Assembly: GCA_964016885.1 (NCBI GenBank)
Contig: OZ024745.1
Coordinates: forward strand, 21,080,001-21,144,000
DNA from: Eledone cirrhosa
Taxonomy: Eukaryota
DNA: 64,000 nucleotides
Direction of reading: 5' to 3'
Position numbers and translations under genes: made by a program. Under the pieces are notes generated by a model. The model saw only the letters and a list, made by a program, of their open reading frames with translations, was not told the origin of the DNA and searched no databases. Shown here piece by piece: positions 26,375 through 41,606 of this stretch; the first letter of the stretch is position 1; each line of letters opens with the position of its first letter.

Positions 26375-29060
26375 TGTAGTGACCTACATTCCGCGGGCTC
26401 ACATACATTCTCTGTGCGTGATTTGGCTCAGTTCAGCCAATCAGCGCCAGTAGAAGAGGATGTATCCCTACGCGCCCTGAGGAAGAAATTCCCCGCGAAG
26501 ATTTGAAGAATCTCGCTCTGGTACCAGAAACTTCGAGCCAGCAACACGCATAATGTAGCAGTGAGATATTGCACCCCTAGCCTCGCCGGCTTAACGGCGC
26601 ATTGGCACATTCCCTTTTGTAACCTCTTTTTATCTGTAACTTCAACCATATAAATAAACAAACATTTCATCTCTAATTACTGCGGTTGAAGTCGTTGTTA
26701 TGTTACTCGTGTCTCAATGACATCTTTAATCCATGCTGCTGGAATTGGCGACCTGCCGAAAGGAATATTGTAAATAGATGGTAAATAGATCGAGGGACCT
26801 TCCCTCACGTCTATGTCAACAAGATAATCCAACGAGGATACTATCACTTACCACACTGGCAACTAACGACCACTGATTCTACCACCCTGCTAAAGTGGCG
26901 ATAACATCTATAACTAATACTGCTAAAGTGGTGACCGACGTAAGAATATCACGCAGCCCTTCTTATTCATTCAGTTTAACTTTTATTGCCACGTCGCAAC
27001 TTGCGAAAATCCAGAATATTCCTTTTAAGATTTTTGAAAAATTAGCAGTATTTCAAAAACTTTTTCGCCACGAAAAAATTTCAAGATGGCTACCGACATG
27101 TCATGGCTACGCTTGACAACAACAATGACAGCAGCAGCGACAGCGTTGTTTAACCACTGACCAATACGGGGAACAGTGAGTGGCAGCTTCATAACCTTGC
27201 CGACGCCAACCACCACACATCGGAAATTTCAAAACGGCTTGTAACTTTACCGACGCAACCACCATACCTTCTGTCTCGTTACCACAGGGACGCGAGAAAT
27301 TGAGACAGTAATTTTCTCACCATTATGGCGTCAGACGTGACTGCCATATTTGGTGACTCCTACTCTACAGAAGATTCTTTGACATTACTTTAACAATAAG
27401 CAACACTACCGTGTGGCGGGACGGTTAAATGGCCACGAAATCTCACAAAAACACCATACATCTAACCCCTAATGGCATTAACATACTTCTTTTTCAGTTT
27501 TCGGACAGAACTAGTGTCTGTACACTGGTGATCTGTGAACTATTTGACTTTGAAAAACTTTGAACTTATTGAGCAATTTCTCTGCTCCCCTAGATTGACT
27601 TTGAATTATCAGTTTGTTACATTCACATATTTCTTTGTAGAATGCATTTACTTGTTTTGTGCTCTTTTGCTATTTGCTTGCTCATGGTTTTTGTTCATTC
27701 ACATTCTTTGCTGTTTTACATGCCTGCATATGCACACATTTTTTTTATCACACACCAACATGTTGTTCTTGGTATATGTTCTTCAAACGTAATATTCTGC
27801 GTGTCCCTTTTCACCTGGTTGAGATGTTGGCAGCTCACAGAGCTTAATCCACTGGATTCAAACAGTCACCGCAACACGGGAATACTAATTGCCGCTGAAC
27901 TCAAACAGCTTCACATCTCGTTGCACACTGATCGTCCATGACGGCCATCCGTATTGTTGTTTTTGCCCGACTCGCTGGGAAAGCAACAAATTGAACTGGA
28001 CTTGTTAGCATTTCGGCCACTTCTGTGGATTCGCCCGAATTATGGAATTTACACTGCAACCCACCTACAGATTAAACTTGCCTTTTGTTCTTTACAAAGC
28101 AACCAGCCATTTTTTCCTGGCTCCACAGCACATTCGACAATACATCTGGGGGGCCATCATTTTCTCTCCAGCACTGGTAAACTACCATAATAGCTTCATT
28201 CACAGCTACTGGTACAACGCTTACCATTAACATTTAATGCAAGAACAGCAACCTCGCCCATGTCAGACTTTATCCGTTTTTTGTTAGACCTTTGGCGGTC
28301 ACGTATAAACAACAAAACAACTGGTCATTTGACACAGCGGCTCAACACGGCCCGTAGCGCCTCATTTTTGTTCTTGCATGCAACCTTCTGCTCAATTATT
28401 TTTTCACTGATGTGCTCTTTCAGCATTTGTTCTTGCTGATTTAATAATATGTGGGTCCTTTGGTTTCTTCGTTATCGATTTTCGGCTGAAAATCTGGTTG
28501 GAGGTGATGTAGTGACCTACATTCCGCGGGCTCACATACATTCTCTGTGCGTGATTTGGCTCAGTTCAGCCAATCAGCGCCAGTAGAAGAGGATGTATCC
28601 CTACGCGCCCTGAGGAAGAAATTCCCCGCGAAGATTTGAAGAATCTCGCTCTGGTACCAGAAACTTCGAGCCAGCAACACGCATAATGTAGCAGTGAGAT
28701 ATTGCACCCCTAGCCTCGCCGGCTTAACGGCGCATTGGCACATTCCCTTTTGTAACCTCTTTTTATCTGTAACTTCAACCATATAAATAAACAAACATTT
28801 CATCTCTAATTACTGCGGTTGAAGTCGTTGTTATGTTACTCGTGTCTCAATGACATCTTTAATCCATGCTGCTGGAATTGGCGACCTGCCGAAAGGAATA
28901 TTGTAAATAGATGGTAAATAGATCGAGGGACCTTCCCTCACGTCTATGTCAACAAGATAATTCAACGAGGATACTATCACTTACCACACTGGCAATTAAC
29001 GACCACTGATTCTACCACCCTGCTAAAGTGGCGATAACATCTATAACTAATACTGCTAAA
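26375..29060 (+). mobile_element. Non-autonomous LTR retrotransposon (Gypsy-like, TRIM/LARD type)
   Basis: 553-bp LTRs at 26375-26927 and 28508-29060 (2 differences seen); PBS TGGTGACCGACG at 26929; PPT-like GGTTGGAGGTGA; TSD GGTC on both sides; no gag/pol ORF. Confidence 0.9.
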
Positions 29061-29607
29061 GGTCTTTCTCTATATCTTTCTCACCTCCTTTCTATCATCT
29101 CTCATCTTGAAGAAATCGGTTGAGCTCAGATCTGGAGAGGAGGTAGGCTCCATCATTTAAGAAAAAGGCACAAGAAACGCTGTATGTCATTACGGTGCCT
29201 CTATGACTCTATCGGGTGTTACGTAAGGGTCCATTGTCATATCTCCAAAAACACCTAAACTTCACAGCATCTCTTCTTCACTACGTTTAAAACCTAACGC
29301 AATAGTGAATACACCAAATTATTATCAGTACATGTGTCTTATGTCTCTGACAAGATCAACATGAATGAGGAAACGACATAGACATCACGTTGTTTAAACA
29401 GCTAAAAGTCAACATTAACATAAAAGTACAAGACATGTGAAATAGTAACAGTAAATCAAACTGATTTCACTGACGCTGTTGAAGAGATCAACTTATTCCG
29501 TATGTTGCGGTGTTCAGCTCCACAACATGTAACTGATTTTATCGGCGGAGAGAAGCAGAGTAAAGTGAATTAAAAGCTCACCCATATGTTAATAGTATTT
29601 ATGGATA

Positions 29608-29808
29608 TACGAGGGTGGCCAGAAAAGTTTATAGGCTGACAATGAAGGAATGATGCTAGAACTGTGAAATCTTATATGCATTAATTTCAACTTTACATAT
29701 TAATAACTGCTTTGTTTCTTTCCATGGACTATATTGAAAAATAAATCACATTTGGTCATTCCACGAGAGTATCTTGGTCAGCCTATGAACTTTCAGCTGA
29801 CCCTCCCA
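29608..29808 (+). mobile_element. Mariner-derived MITE
   Basis: Imperfect TIRs CGAGGGTGGCCAGAAAAGTTTATAGGCTGAC / GTCAGCCTATGAACTTTCAGCTGACCCTC; left end matches the mariner at 42143. Confidence 0.75.
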
Positions 29809-29896
29809 TTATAGAGCAGACCTATGATCAAACGCATTCAACATATGACCGTTCTGTCTATTAATTTGGCATAGTGTATCTAAGATTCCACTTTGA

Positions 29897-30072
29897 CAGT
29901 ATCGGTAGAGGGTCGGACACTCTGCATTGACGCTTAGAGTTACGGCCCTTTCCATTCTGATTTCAAATCGCGCCGAGGTTAAATTTGCCTTTCATCCTTA
30001 CGGGGTCGATAAAATAAAGTACCAGTAATGCACTGGGTAATTACTGGCCTTGTGCCAAAAGTAGAAACAATT
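29897..30072 (+). mobile_element. tRNA-SINE (Nin/Deu-core type), 5' truncated
   Basis: CCTTTCATCCTTACGGGGTCGATAAAATAAAGTACCAG core. Confidence 0.85.
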
Positions 30073-30160
30073 ATATATGTACTTTTAAAATCATATTTCT
30101 GGCAGGACAAAACGATCCATTAGATCCTTTCATTTCCTCGTCATTTAGCTCCATTGGTGA

Positions 30161-30290
30161 AGGCGTGTGGCTGAGTGGTTAGAGAATTGGATACGCAATC
30201 GTGAGGTTGTGAGTTCAATTCCTGAACCGGGCGATGCGTTATGTCCTTGAGCAAGTCATTTTATTTCACGTTGCTCCTTCTACCTGGAGT
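30161..30290 (+). mobile_element. Second tRNA-SINE family; another copy at 38365-38494 (minus strand)
   Basis: A-box GTGGCTGAGTGG, B-box GAGTTCAATTCC, then TGTCCTTGAGCAAG..TTTATTTCACGTTGCTCC. Confidence 0.75.
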
Positions 30291-31364
30291 TGCGACCGAT
30301 AGATAGTATTAGCAATTGGAAAGACCAACGGAAACATTGTTTCCTCGGTCCGATTTGACGAAAGTCGATCGTTCCTTTTTTTTTTTTAGCTCCATGTCAG
30401 CTCTGATCAGGTAATCCTGTAATCAAAAGGCATTCCAGTCGTGACCATCCTTTGTTCAGATAAATTGTATCTAGGATCATATTATACAAGGTGTTCTTTT
30501 TTACGACGCTAAGATGTAACATGCTACTTCTAACATGCCAAGTAAACAAATAGACCTCTTGGCTGTGTTGCTCTTCTTTTCTGTGTTGTTCTGTTTTTCT
30601 TTTTTGCCTCGGAACCTATGAACAATGATATTCCAGTCGAACCTATCTTGTGTTTTTTGAAAATGTAGTACACCCTGGACAACATTAAATAATTTTGCGA
30701 ACCAACGAGGGGTGATTAGAAGATTTAGCGGCTTTTTGTTCCTATTCCATCTACTATGTCGCTGATTTCAAGGAAGGGCGGTGGATTGGCAGTATCGGTA
30801 GAACAACGGACAACATGCTTTGTGGTATATAGTTACGTTCCATTACATTCTGATTTCAAGGAAGGGCGGTGGATTGGCAGTATCGGTAGAACGTCGGACA
30901 ACATGATAGCGGCGGTGGTGGTAGTGGTAATACCTATAGTAGTAGTGACAATAATGGCGGTAGTAGTAGTAGTAGTGGTAATAGTGATAGCGGTGGTAGT
31001 GGCGGTGGTCGTAGTAGTAATAATAGTGATAGCGGTGTTGGTAGTAATAGCTATAGTGGTAGTGACAATAATGGCGTTAATAGTAGTTGTAGTAGATTTT
31101 TTTTATGCTATTACCCTTGTGGTAATTGTTGCAATGTTGAAAATCAAATAAAAAAAAATCAAATATAAACAACAAGTTGGAGAAGATGACGGGAGAAAAC
31201 CTGATGTAGTGAGTTGTTAAAAGAAGAAAACAAAATGGCGAAAGAATCTTTTTGGCGCCGAATCAACTCGTAAATTCGAACAGACTGCGCTGACAGTTTT
31301 TTGTGGAGGGAAATAGTGTTGACAAACTGAAAGAAAATATGAAAGGATTGTTGACATTCTCACA

Positions 31365-31526
<162 letters not shown>

Positions 31527-31605
31527 ATCTCTCTCGTGACCCCTCTCTATTCTCTCTCTCTCTTGCCTTCCCTCTCTCTCCTTCTCTCTATCCTTCACTT
31601 TCTAT

Positions 31606-31654
<49 letters not shown>

Positions 31655-31721
31655 CTTCTCTATTCTCTCTCTCTCCTGCCTTCCCTCTCTCTCCTTCTCT
31701 CTATCCTTCACTTTCTATCAG

Positions 31722-31774
<53 letters not shown>

Positions 31775-32807
31775 CTCTCGCTTGCCTTCCATCTCTCTCT
31801 TTCTCTTTTCTCTCCCTCTCTCTCTTTGGGTTTCTCTTTTTCTCTCGTCTCTTTCTCTCTATCTCTCCGGCTCTCTCTCTCCCTCATTCATCCCCATCTC
31901 CCCCTCTTTTTCTCGTTTGTCTTCATCCCCACCACTACCATAAGAAATGCTAGCCACTATCGCACAACCATCACCACCATCACCACCACCAACACCACCA
32001 CCACCACCACCATGACCATCACCACCACCACCATCACCACCACCACTAACACCACCACCACCACCACCATCATCACTACCACCACCACCACTACTAATAC
32101 AACCACCATCATCACCACCACCACCAACAACAACAACAACAACAACACCACCACCAACACCACCACCACCACCACCACCACCACCACCAATACCACCGCG
32201 ACCACCACCATCACCACCAACAACAACACCACCATCATCACCACCACCAACACCACCAGCACCACCACCAACAACACCACCACCAACAACACCACCACCA
32301 CCACCAACAACAACCCCACCATCACCAACACCACCAACAACAACCCCACCATCACCAACACCACCAACAACAACCCACCATCACCACCACCACCACCGCC
32401 ACCACCACCACCACCACCACCACCACCAATACCACCACCACCACCAACAACAACAACGGGGTTATCACCACAACCAGCTCCAACCATGCCAACACCCCAC
32501 CACAATACGAAACACCCATCTCTATCAACACAACCAACACCACCAAACAACAAACAACAACAACAACCAGAAGCACCATCACCATCAACACAGTCAACAC
32601 CACCATCCCCCACCAAGGAGACCCCCCCCCCCCCCCTTCCAACATCCACCAACACCACCACTACCTTCATCACCACCACCATCACTACTACCATCATCAT
32701 CTACACTATCACCACCCACCACAACCATCATCATCACAATCACCACACCCGAAGCTACTCCAATCATCACCACTCTACCATCATCACCACCACCATATAT
32801 ATATATA

Positions 32808-33308
<501 letters not shown>

Positions 33309-33313
<5 letters not shown>

Positions 33314-33827
33314 GAAAAATTGAACAGGGACAGAACAGAGAGGCAGTACGATAAATGTTTATTAAATTCACGCTCAGGAGAGTGGGGGGTAGGTGGGGGA
33401 CGACGTTTCGAGCATAAGCCCTTCTTCAGGTGAGAGTTCAAAAGGTGTGTAGGGGAGTGGTGGAGAGACATATAGCGAAAGGAAACGGTGCGAATGAAAA
33501 GTTAGGTAATGCGTGGAAGGAAAGACAAAGTGTGGGAAGGTGTGTAAAGTTCGGAGAAAGGTCACGGCGGATTAGATCGGGGTTGAGCCGGTTGTTAAGT
33601 TAAGTTCCAAGGATGGAGGCCGTGTGAGCGTGTGTTATGTATAATGAAAAATTGAACAGGGACAGAACAGAGAGGCAGTACGATAAATGTTTATTAAATT
33701 CACGCTCAGGAGAGTGGGGGGTAGGTGGGGGACGACGTTTCGGGCATAAGCCCTTCTTCAGGTGAGAGTTCAAAAGGTGTGTAGGGGAGTGGTGGAGAGA
33801 CATATAGCGAAAGGAAACGGTGCGAAT
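33309..33827 (-). mobile_element. Retrozyme / Penelope pLTR-like partial tandem, 332-nt period, with hammerheads at 33400-33431 and 33732-33763
   Basis: 187-bp direct repeats 33309-33495 / 33641-33827; each has CTGAAGA AGGGCTTATGC(T/C)C GAAA CG TC on the minus strand. Confidence 0.75.
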
Positions 33828-34449
33828 TATATGAAAGGATTCAGGACACCGACAGCTCCGGCTGTTTCGACAGCTAGATCTGACAGCTGTCGAAACAGTC
33901 GGGTCTCAACCGTCGGGGCCCTGAATCTTTTCATAATACCTACTCTATTACACCAAGTATCGAGTACTCTGGTACGTTATTGTCCCCCTCTTATCTTACC
34001 ACACCCGCTTTGTTTTACATATATATATACTTATAAGAAAAGGATTTTTTTTAAATAAAAAAAATGAGATGTCCTACACGGGTGAAGGTATAAGGAAAAG
34101 AAATCGAAAATGCAACTGTAGTCTTTATATATATATATATGTGTGTGTGTGTGTAATATGTAGGTTCCCGAGTGGTGATGGTGGTAGTGGTGGTGGTTAT
34201 AGTGGTGATGGTGGTGGTTATAGTGGTGGTGGTGGTGTTGGTGGTTATAGTGGTGGTGGTGGTGGTTATAGTGGTGGTGGTGGTGGTAGTGGTGGTGTTG
34301 GTGGTTATAGTGGTGGTGGTGGTGGTTATAGCGGTGGTGGTGGTGGTAGTGGTGGTGTTGGTGGTGGTTATAGTGGTGGTGTTGGTGGTGGTGGTGTAAA
34401 CTCAACGTAACTCAATTTATTGGTAGAGTATAGGCCTCTTTATTACATA

Positions 34450-37400
34450 TTTCATTTCATTTCATTTCATTTGAGTTTGAGTCCATGCTCAGGCCAAGTC
34501 GAAGACTCCACCCTCAGAGTCTGGTGTGGTTGCCAGGTTGGATTCTCTGTTTAATTTTGACATGTGTAGGAGCGAGTTTGAGTCAGTTTGTGCTCGTTGT
34601 GTATATCCTGGGAGATGGGGTTTATCTTTAATGGTGCTTAAGTATCTATCCAGCTGCAATTTGAATGATTCCACACTGCATCCTGATAGATTTCTGACAT
34701 GTACCGGAATGGAGTTGAATAGTTGTGCCCCTCGAACCAACAGACTTGACTCTCGCAGGGTTTTTGCTGCCTGGCCAGCCTTTTTGTTGATTGGTGGTAG
34801 CTGGCAGCGTCTTCCGTGGCGCAGTGAGTGGTAGGTTTTGATACCAAAGTTTGGTACCTTTTGCTCTATCATTTTCCAAATGTATATAATTCGGTATCGC
34901 TCAAATCTTCTTTCTATTGAGTACATCTTCAAGGTTTTGAGTCTTTGCCAATAGTCCAGGTCCCTCGTTTCTGAGAAGTATGAGGTAAAATTTCTTTGGA
35001 GCGATTCCATCTTAGATAGTTGGCCCTTTGTTGTTGGTGACCACAACTGAGAACAGTAGTCAATCCTCGGAAGTATCATACTTTTCCAGAGGGTCTTCAT
35101 TGTTGAGGTATCTCTTGATTTGAAAGTGCGCAAGATCCACCCGCTGTACTTTCTTGAAGTAAGACAGACTGAGTCAAGGTGTTCTCAGAATTTTAGGCTG
35201 GTTCCCATGTGGATGCCTAAATCTTTCACACACTGTTTTTCCATTATTTGTTGTCCTGATGGGTTTCTGTAGTTTGTTGTATTTTTCAGATCTTGATCTG
35301 TTCCGTAGCGAATTAGTTCAAACTTCTTATCATTGAACATGTTGTTTGTTTCCTGCCATTTGTATATGGTGGTCAGGTCCTTTTGTAAGGCCTCTGTATC
35401 CACCTCGTCTTTGATTTGTCTCATGACCCTGGTGTCATCAGCAAAGGATGAGACGTTGCTGGTTGTATCTTCATCTATGTCAGAGATGAGGATGAGAAAC
35501 AGGATCGGGCCGAGTACTGTACCCTTAGGAACACTGCTGGTCACAGGTGATGGTGTTGAATGGGTTCCATTCACAGTGACTGTTTGAGTTCTATTTGTAA
35601 GGAACTCATGTATCCATGTACCAACTTTTCCTCCTACTCCTAGCTTTCGAAGTTTGTGTCCCAGGATGCCATGATCTACCTTGTCAAATGCCTTGGCAAA
35701 GTCGAGGTAAATAACATCTGTGTTGTATCCATTCTCTAGATTTTCTAGGATTTGGTCATGGTGTGCCAGTAGTTGGGAAAGACATGATCTACCTAACCTG
35801 AATCCATGCTGGTTGCAATTCATCAGATTGTTGGATTCCAGGAACTCAACCAGTTTTCCACGAACTATTCTTTCGAAGACCTTGATAATGTGTGATGTCA
35901 GTGAGATTGGTCGGTAGTTCTTTGGTTTTGATTTGCTGTCCCCTTTATGTATTGGAGTTATGTGTGCTTCTTTATATGTATTTGGTATTTTGCCATTCTC
36001 CATAGATTCCTTCCATATCATGTAAAGGGGTTTCAACAATTGTACCTTGCAGTTTTTAAGTATCATGGCATTGAAAACATCAGGCCCCGCGGCCGAGTGC
36101 ATGGAGAGCTTGTCTATGGCTCTTTCTATATCTTCTGGGTTGAAATCAATGTCGGATAGGGTAGGTTTAGTATGGTCGATATCCTTGAAGAATTCTCCTG
36201 GGTCATGGATCGTCATGGTTTTAGATGGCTCACTGAAGACACTTTCATACTGTTGACCCAACATTTCTGCCATTTCAATAGGGTTATTCACTACATCTCC
36301 ATTTTGTCTCTGGAGAGGTCCTATTGTTGACTTGGTTTTCGAGTATTTCTTTGCAAAACTGTAGAAATATTTTGGATTTTTCTTGATGTTTTCTATGGCT
36401 CTCTTTTCTGCATTGTTACGTTCTTCATCATAGTGTTGTTTTAGATTGTCTTCTAATCTGTATATTTGGTCAAGGACTTTCTGTAGTTCATGTTTTGATG
36501 TCAGCTTAGATGTTTTGTTTCTTAGTCTTGACCTTTTGCGCATCAGGATCTTTCGCTCCCGTGGTTCAGGTTTTTTTGTGGATTTGGTTTTCTTAAGAGG
36601 AATATTTTTTGCACATATTTCTTCTATCTTGTTAAAGAATTTTTTGTGTTTATCTGGCCCAGTAAGGTAGAGATCCCAGTCAATGATTTGTAACTGGTTG
36701 TTAATAGTTTCCCAATTTGCCTGGTGATAATCATACCTGCATAGCTTTGGCATGTCCTTTTGTTTAAGAGTTGTGGCATTGGGCTCATTACCAATGTGTA
36801 AATGCATTTCAATAATATTGTGGTCTGAAAGGATTGTTGGGGTTGAGTGAAGGTCAAATAGCGTGTCCTCGTTGTTGGTGAAAACCAAGTCGATCGTATT
36901 ATTATTTCTAGTTGCTTCTGTCATCATTTGTTTGAGGTATAATTTCTCTGTGACTTCCAACAGTTTGGCTGCCTGTATTTGTTCAGCTTTTGTCCCCAGT
37001 TTTAGTATGTGTCCATGTGGCCAGATGATGTTAGGGAAGTTGAAGTCACCAAGGAGGATAATGTCTGGCATTGGACTCGCCATGTTTCCCAGAATTTGTT
37101 GGAGCTTTGTCAGTGGCTCAGTGAAGGATAATGTTGGGCTGTTTGGCGGTCTGTACATTATTGTTACAACTGTATTAAGTTGGATGATTGTTATGCACAG
37201 CAGGTTGCAGTAGGCATTTGATTCATTGACAAGTTCTATGCATGCATAGGTATCATGGAAATACATGATAACGCCCCCATGGGATCTGACTTGTCTATCA
37301 CATCTGAAGATGTTGAATCCATTGATTGAGATTTCGCTGTTGCGGATGTTTTCGTTGAGATGACTTTCAGTAATTCCAATTATTTTGGAGTTGTTTTCTG

Positions 37401-37850
37401 TTGCTAATTCTTCCAAGAAAGGGACTTTAGACTGTTTTGTTTTCGGATAAAGACCCTGGATATTTGCTGTTATTATGCTTGTTGTACCGGATACATCTGC
37501 CCTATTGTTGGCAAGACTGTTGTAGTTGCTGGGACTGTGCTGACTGGATATTCGGCCTGCTGGGCTGTCTGTATTTGTTGTATGTGCCCTGTAAGTCCAG
37601 GTGTCAGCCTTTGTATCAATGTTGCCTGGTTTTGCTGAAATGTTTTTTATAGGATTGGGACTGTTTCATTCGTATGAAGAAGCAATTTCTGTAATAAATA
37701 GTCGTGTCTTTAAGTTCAGTTATCGTTGTGGTCTTCGATTTTCTTACCTGAAGTTGCTCGCACATTCCTCGGTTTGTTGTTGTTTTTTCGCTGTTTTCTC
37801 TTTTCTTCCCTTTCCCTTCTATTTTCCTTCCCTCCCCTCCTCCGTTTTCC
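34450..37850 (-). mobile_element. CR1-group LINE with a (TGAAA)n 3' tail, lacking most of ORF1; 5' boundary approximate
   Basis: ORF2 APE+RT, short 3' UTR, four TGAAA repeats near 34450-34470. Confidence 0.85.
34489..37665 (-). pseudogene. LINE ORF2 (APE + RT) with one in-frame TGA at 35185-35187
   Basis: NIQGL (upstream of the track start), GDFN, SDH, YRPISLTS, DFAKAFD, VPKGTVLGP, FADD, DYCSQLWSP. The 743-aa and 214-aa ORFs share a frame. Confidence 0.9.
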
Positions 37851-38028
37851 CAATAACTTACCCAGTTATTGAACGTTCTGGGGATAGATATAGAGTCTTT
37901 AAAGCGTTAACGTTGCGCCCTTATAATATCTGTCTCTTTGTCTGGCTATCTGCATTACGACATTATGACGCTGTGTGTGTGTGTGTGTGTGTGTGTACAG
38001 TGTGTGTGTGTGTCTGTGTGTGTGTACA

Positions 38029-38062
<34 letters not shown>

Positions 38063-38174
38063 TGTAACGTTTTTCCAAATATTTACTTCTGCGTTCACAG
38101 ATTCATTTTTTTAGTTTCAGCAGATCCCGTTAAGGGTGAAAGCAGCGATTCTTTGCTTAAACTTTAATCTGTTA

Positions 38175-38212
<38 letters not shown>

Positions 38213-38550
38213 GATATTTTTGTACAGATAGTTTTGCATACACAATAACAAAATATAAACAGACGTATTTATTTCACGAGGCTCCATAAGGATAAATATA
38301 TATCAAATATATAAGAACCCTGGAGCAAATACCAATACCGAGCAACGCCGGGCCATTCTCATTTCTACCGCTGAGTAAACTGGAGCAACCTGAAATAAAG
38401 CGTCTTGCTCAAGAACACTACACAAAGCCCAGTCCAAGAATCGAACTCAGGACCTCATGATTGTAAGCCTGACGTTCTAACTACTACGCCATGCTATATA
38501 TATAATTTGAATGTATTTATACTCTTTCTTATTCAGTTTCTCTCTCTCCC

Positions 38551-38610
<60 letters not shown>

Positions 38611-38639
38611 TCACTCTCTCCCTCCGTCTCCCGCCCCCG

Positions 38640-38692
<53 letters not shown>

Positions 38693-38698
38693 TCACTC

Positions 38699-38822
<124 letters not shown>

Positions 38823-39329
38823 TCCATTCTCTTTTATTTATTTCCGCGTCATTCAATCGTAAAATCTAACGTCACATACGATATGTACCACTGTAAGACC
38901 AATTTGAAGAGCTTACACCAAACATTTCAGTGACGAAACGCCACCACCATACCACAATCACCACCACCACCACAACCACCACCACCACAACCACCACCGC
39001 TACCACCATTACCACCACCACCACCACCACCAGCACCACCACCACAACCACCAGCAGCACCACCACAAAAACCATCACCACCAGCACCACCACTACCACC
39101 ACAACCACCACAACCACCACCACCACCACCACCACCACATTTCCTGCCATGTCATCACTGCCATAAACTAGTATGACCAACACCAGTACAACCATTCTGT
39201 CATCACAATACCTCCATCACCACCACTCTAACCACCACCAACACCACCACTACCACCATCACCACTATAACCACCACCAACACCACCACTATCATAGATA
39301 TATGTATATGAATGGTTATCTGTCTAGGA

Positions 39330-39380
<51 letters not shown>

Positions 39381-40362
39381 TGTGTACATGTGTATATGTG
39401 GATATGTGGATATGTGTGTGTGCGTGTGTTTTCCGAACCTCCAGCAGCAACCAATATAACTATCACCACTTCTATTCTCATCACCACCACCACCAACACC
39501 ACCACTATAACCACCACCACCAACAACACCACCAACACCACCACCACCACCACCACTATAATCACCACCAACACCACCACTATAATCACCACCAACACCA
39601 CCACTACCACCACCACCACTATAACCACCACCAACACCACCACCAACACCACCACTAAAATCACCACCACCACCACCACCACGACCACTATAACCACCAC
39701 CAACACCACCACTACCACCACCACCATTATAACCACCACCACCAACACCACCACTATAACCACCACAAACACCACCACCACCAATACCACCACTATAAGC
39801 ACCACCAACACCACCACTACCACCACCACCACTATAACCACCCCCACCCCCACCCCACCACCTCCACCACCACCACAACAATCCCCACCACCACCACCAC
39901 CACCACCACCACCACAACCAACACCACTACCACTATAACCACCACCAACTCCACCACTATAACCACCACCAACACCACACCACCACCACCACCACCACCA
40001 CTATAACCACCACCACTATAACCACCACCACCACCACCACCACCACCACCACCACCACTACCACTATAACCACCACCAACACCACACCACCACCACCACC
40101 ACCACCACTATAACCACCACCACCACCACCACCGCCACTATAACCACCACCACCAACACCAACACCAGCAGCATCGTATTATCCTTTCATCACCGTCACC
40201 AATTTTAATTGTAGCACACTACCAATTCGCGAACACACACATGCGCATACACGTTCACATAGAAATAGATACACATACACGCGCGCACACACACACACAC
40301 ATACACACATACACACATACACGCACATGCACATACATAACCACACGTATACACACGCACGT

Positions 40363-40453
<91 letters not shown>

Positions 40454-40455
40454 CA

Positions 40456-40502
<47 letters not shown>

Positions 40503-41606
40503 GTACATGCGTGTGTGTATATATATATATAACGGAGACAGAAAGCCTTCCAGCTTTCACTGCCCTCATGGCGTCAATCAGCTGAAATATTCCGGATTAT
40601 ATATTCGGTTGCATCGTACGATTGACGTCACCAGGATCTGGTCCGAAATTTGCCGGATGGTGAACATAAGCCGCTACCGGCAGACACTCATGCGTTCGTA
40701 CACGCACGCACACACACACACACACATACACACACACACACACGTTCGCACAAACACCCACTCACACACACACACAGAGTCACACACACACAGTCACATA
40801 CACTCACATACACACACACACAGTGACATACACTCACACACACTCACACACATATACTTACGCTCACAAACACAGATACACACTCACATTCACACACACG
40901 AAAAAATACACCTCTTTTACACAAACACAAGCTCGCGTTCAAAAACACACCCACTCACATAAACACACACAAACTCACACGTACACACATACAAACACAC
41001 ACACACTCACATCTACACACACACAAACACACACACACTCATATGTACACACATACAAACATACGCACTCACATTTATGCACATTCATTCTCACATACAC
41101 ACACACAAACATTCATGCACATGCACTCACGCACACACACATACACGCATATACACGTACACACTCTCGCATACACACGCACATATTTACACACACGTAC
41201 ACACATGCTCATACTCTCACGTACACACACGTTCATACATTCACGCCTACATATTCACTCTCTTTTATTCTCACACACACAAACTGACACTCACACACTG
41301 TGTCACACACAAACTCATGCTCACACACACACTCATACACAAACACACCCTCACACACATTCATATACACATTCATGCTCACACACACACACATTCATAC
41401 ACATACTCACGCTCACATACACACACACTTGGAAATCGGAGAAGTTCATTTATCTACACATTAAAAAAAACGCTCTCGTTTGTTAGCGAAATTGCAGAGC
41501 CATTGTAGAAAGCGGCTTGCTGTAATATGTGACAAAAGATCTAGGTTTGTAAAGTTAATGGTAGAAATCACGATCTCTAATATGTGGTCCATCTCTTGGT
41601 CCCGGT

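Noticed and set aside
26428-26670. Duplicated 80-aa ORF (also 28561-28803)
   Set aside because: Antisense within the LTRs; identity only reflects LTR duplication.
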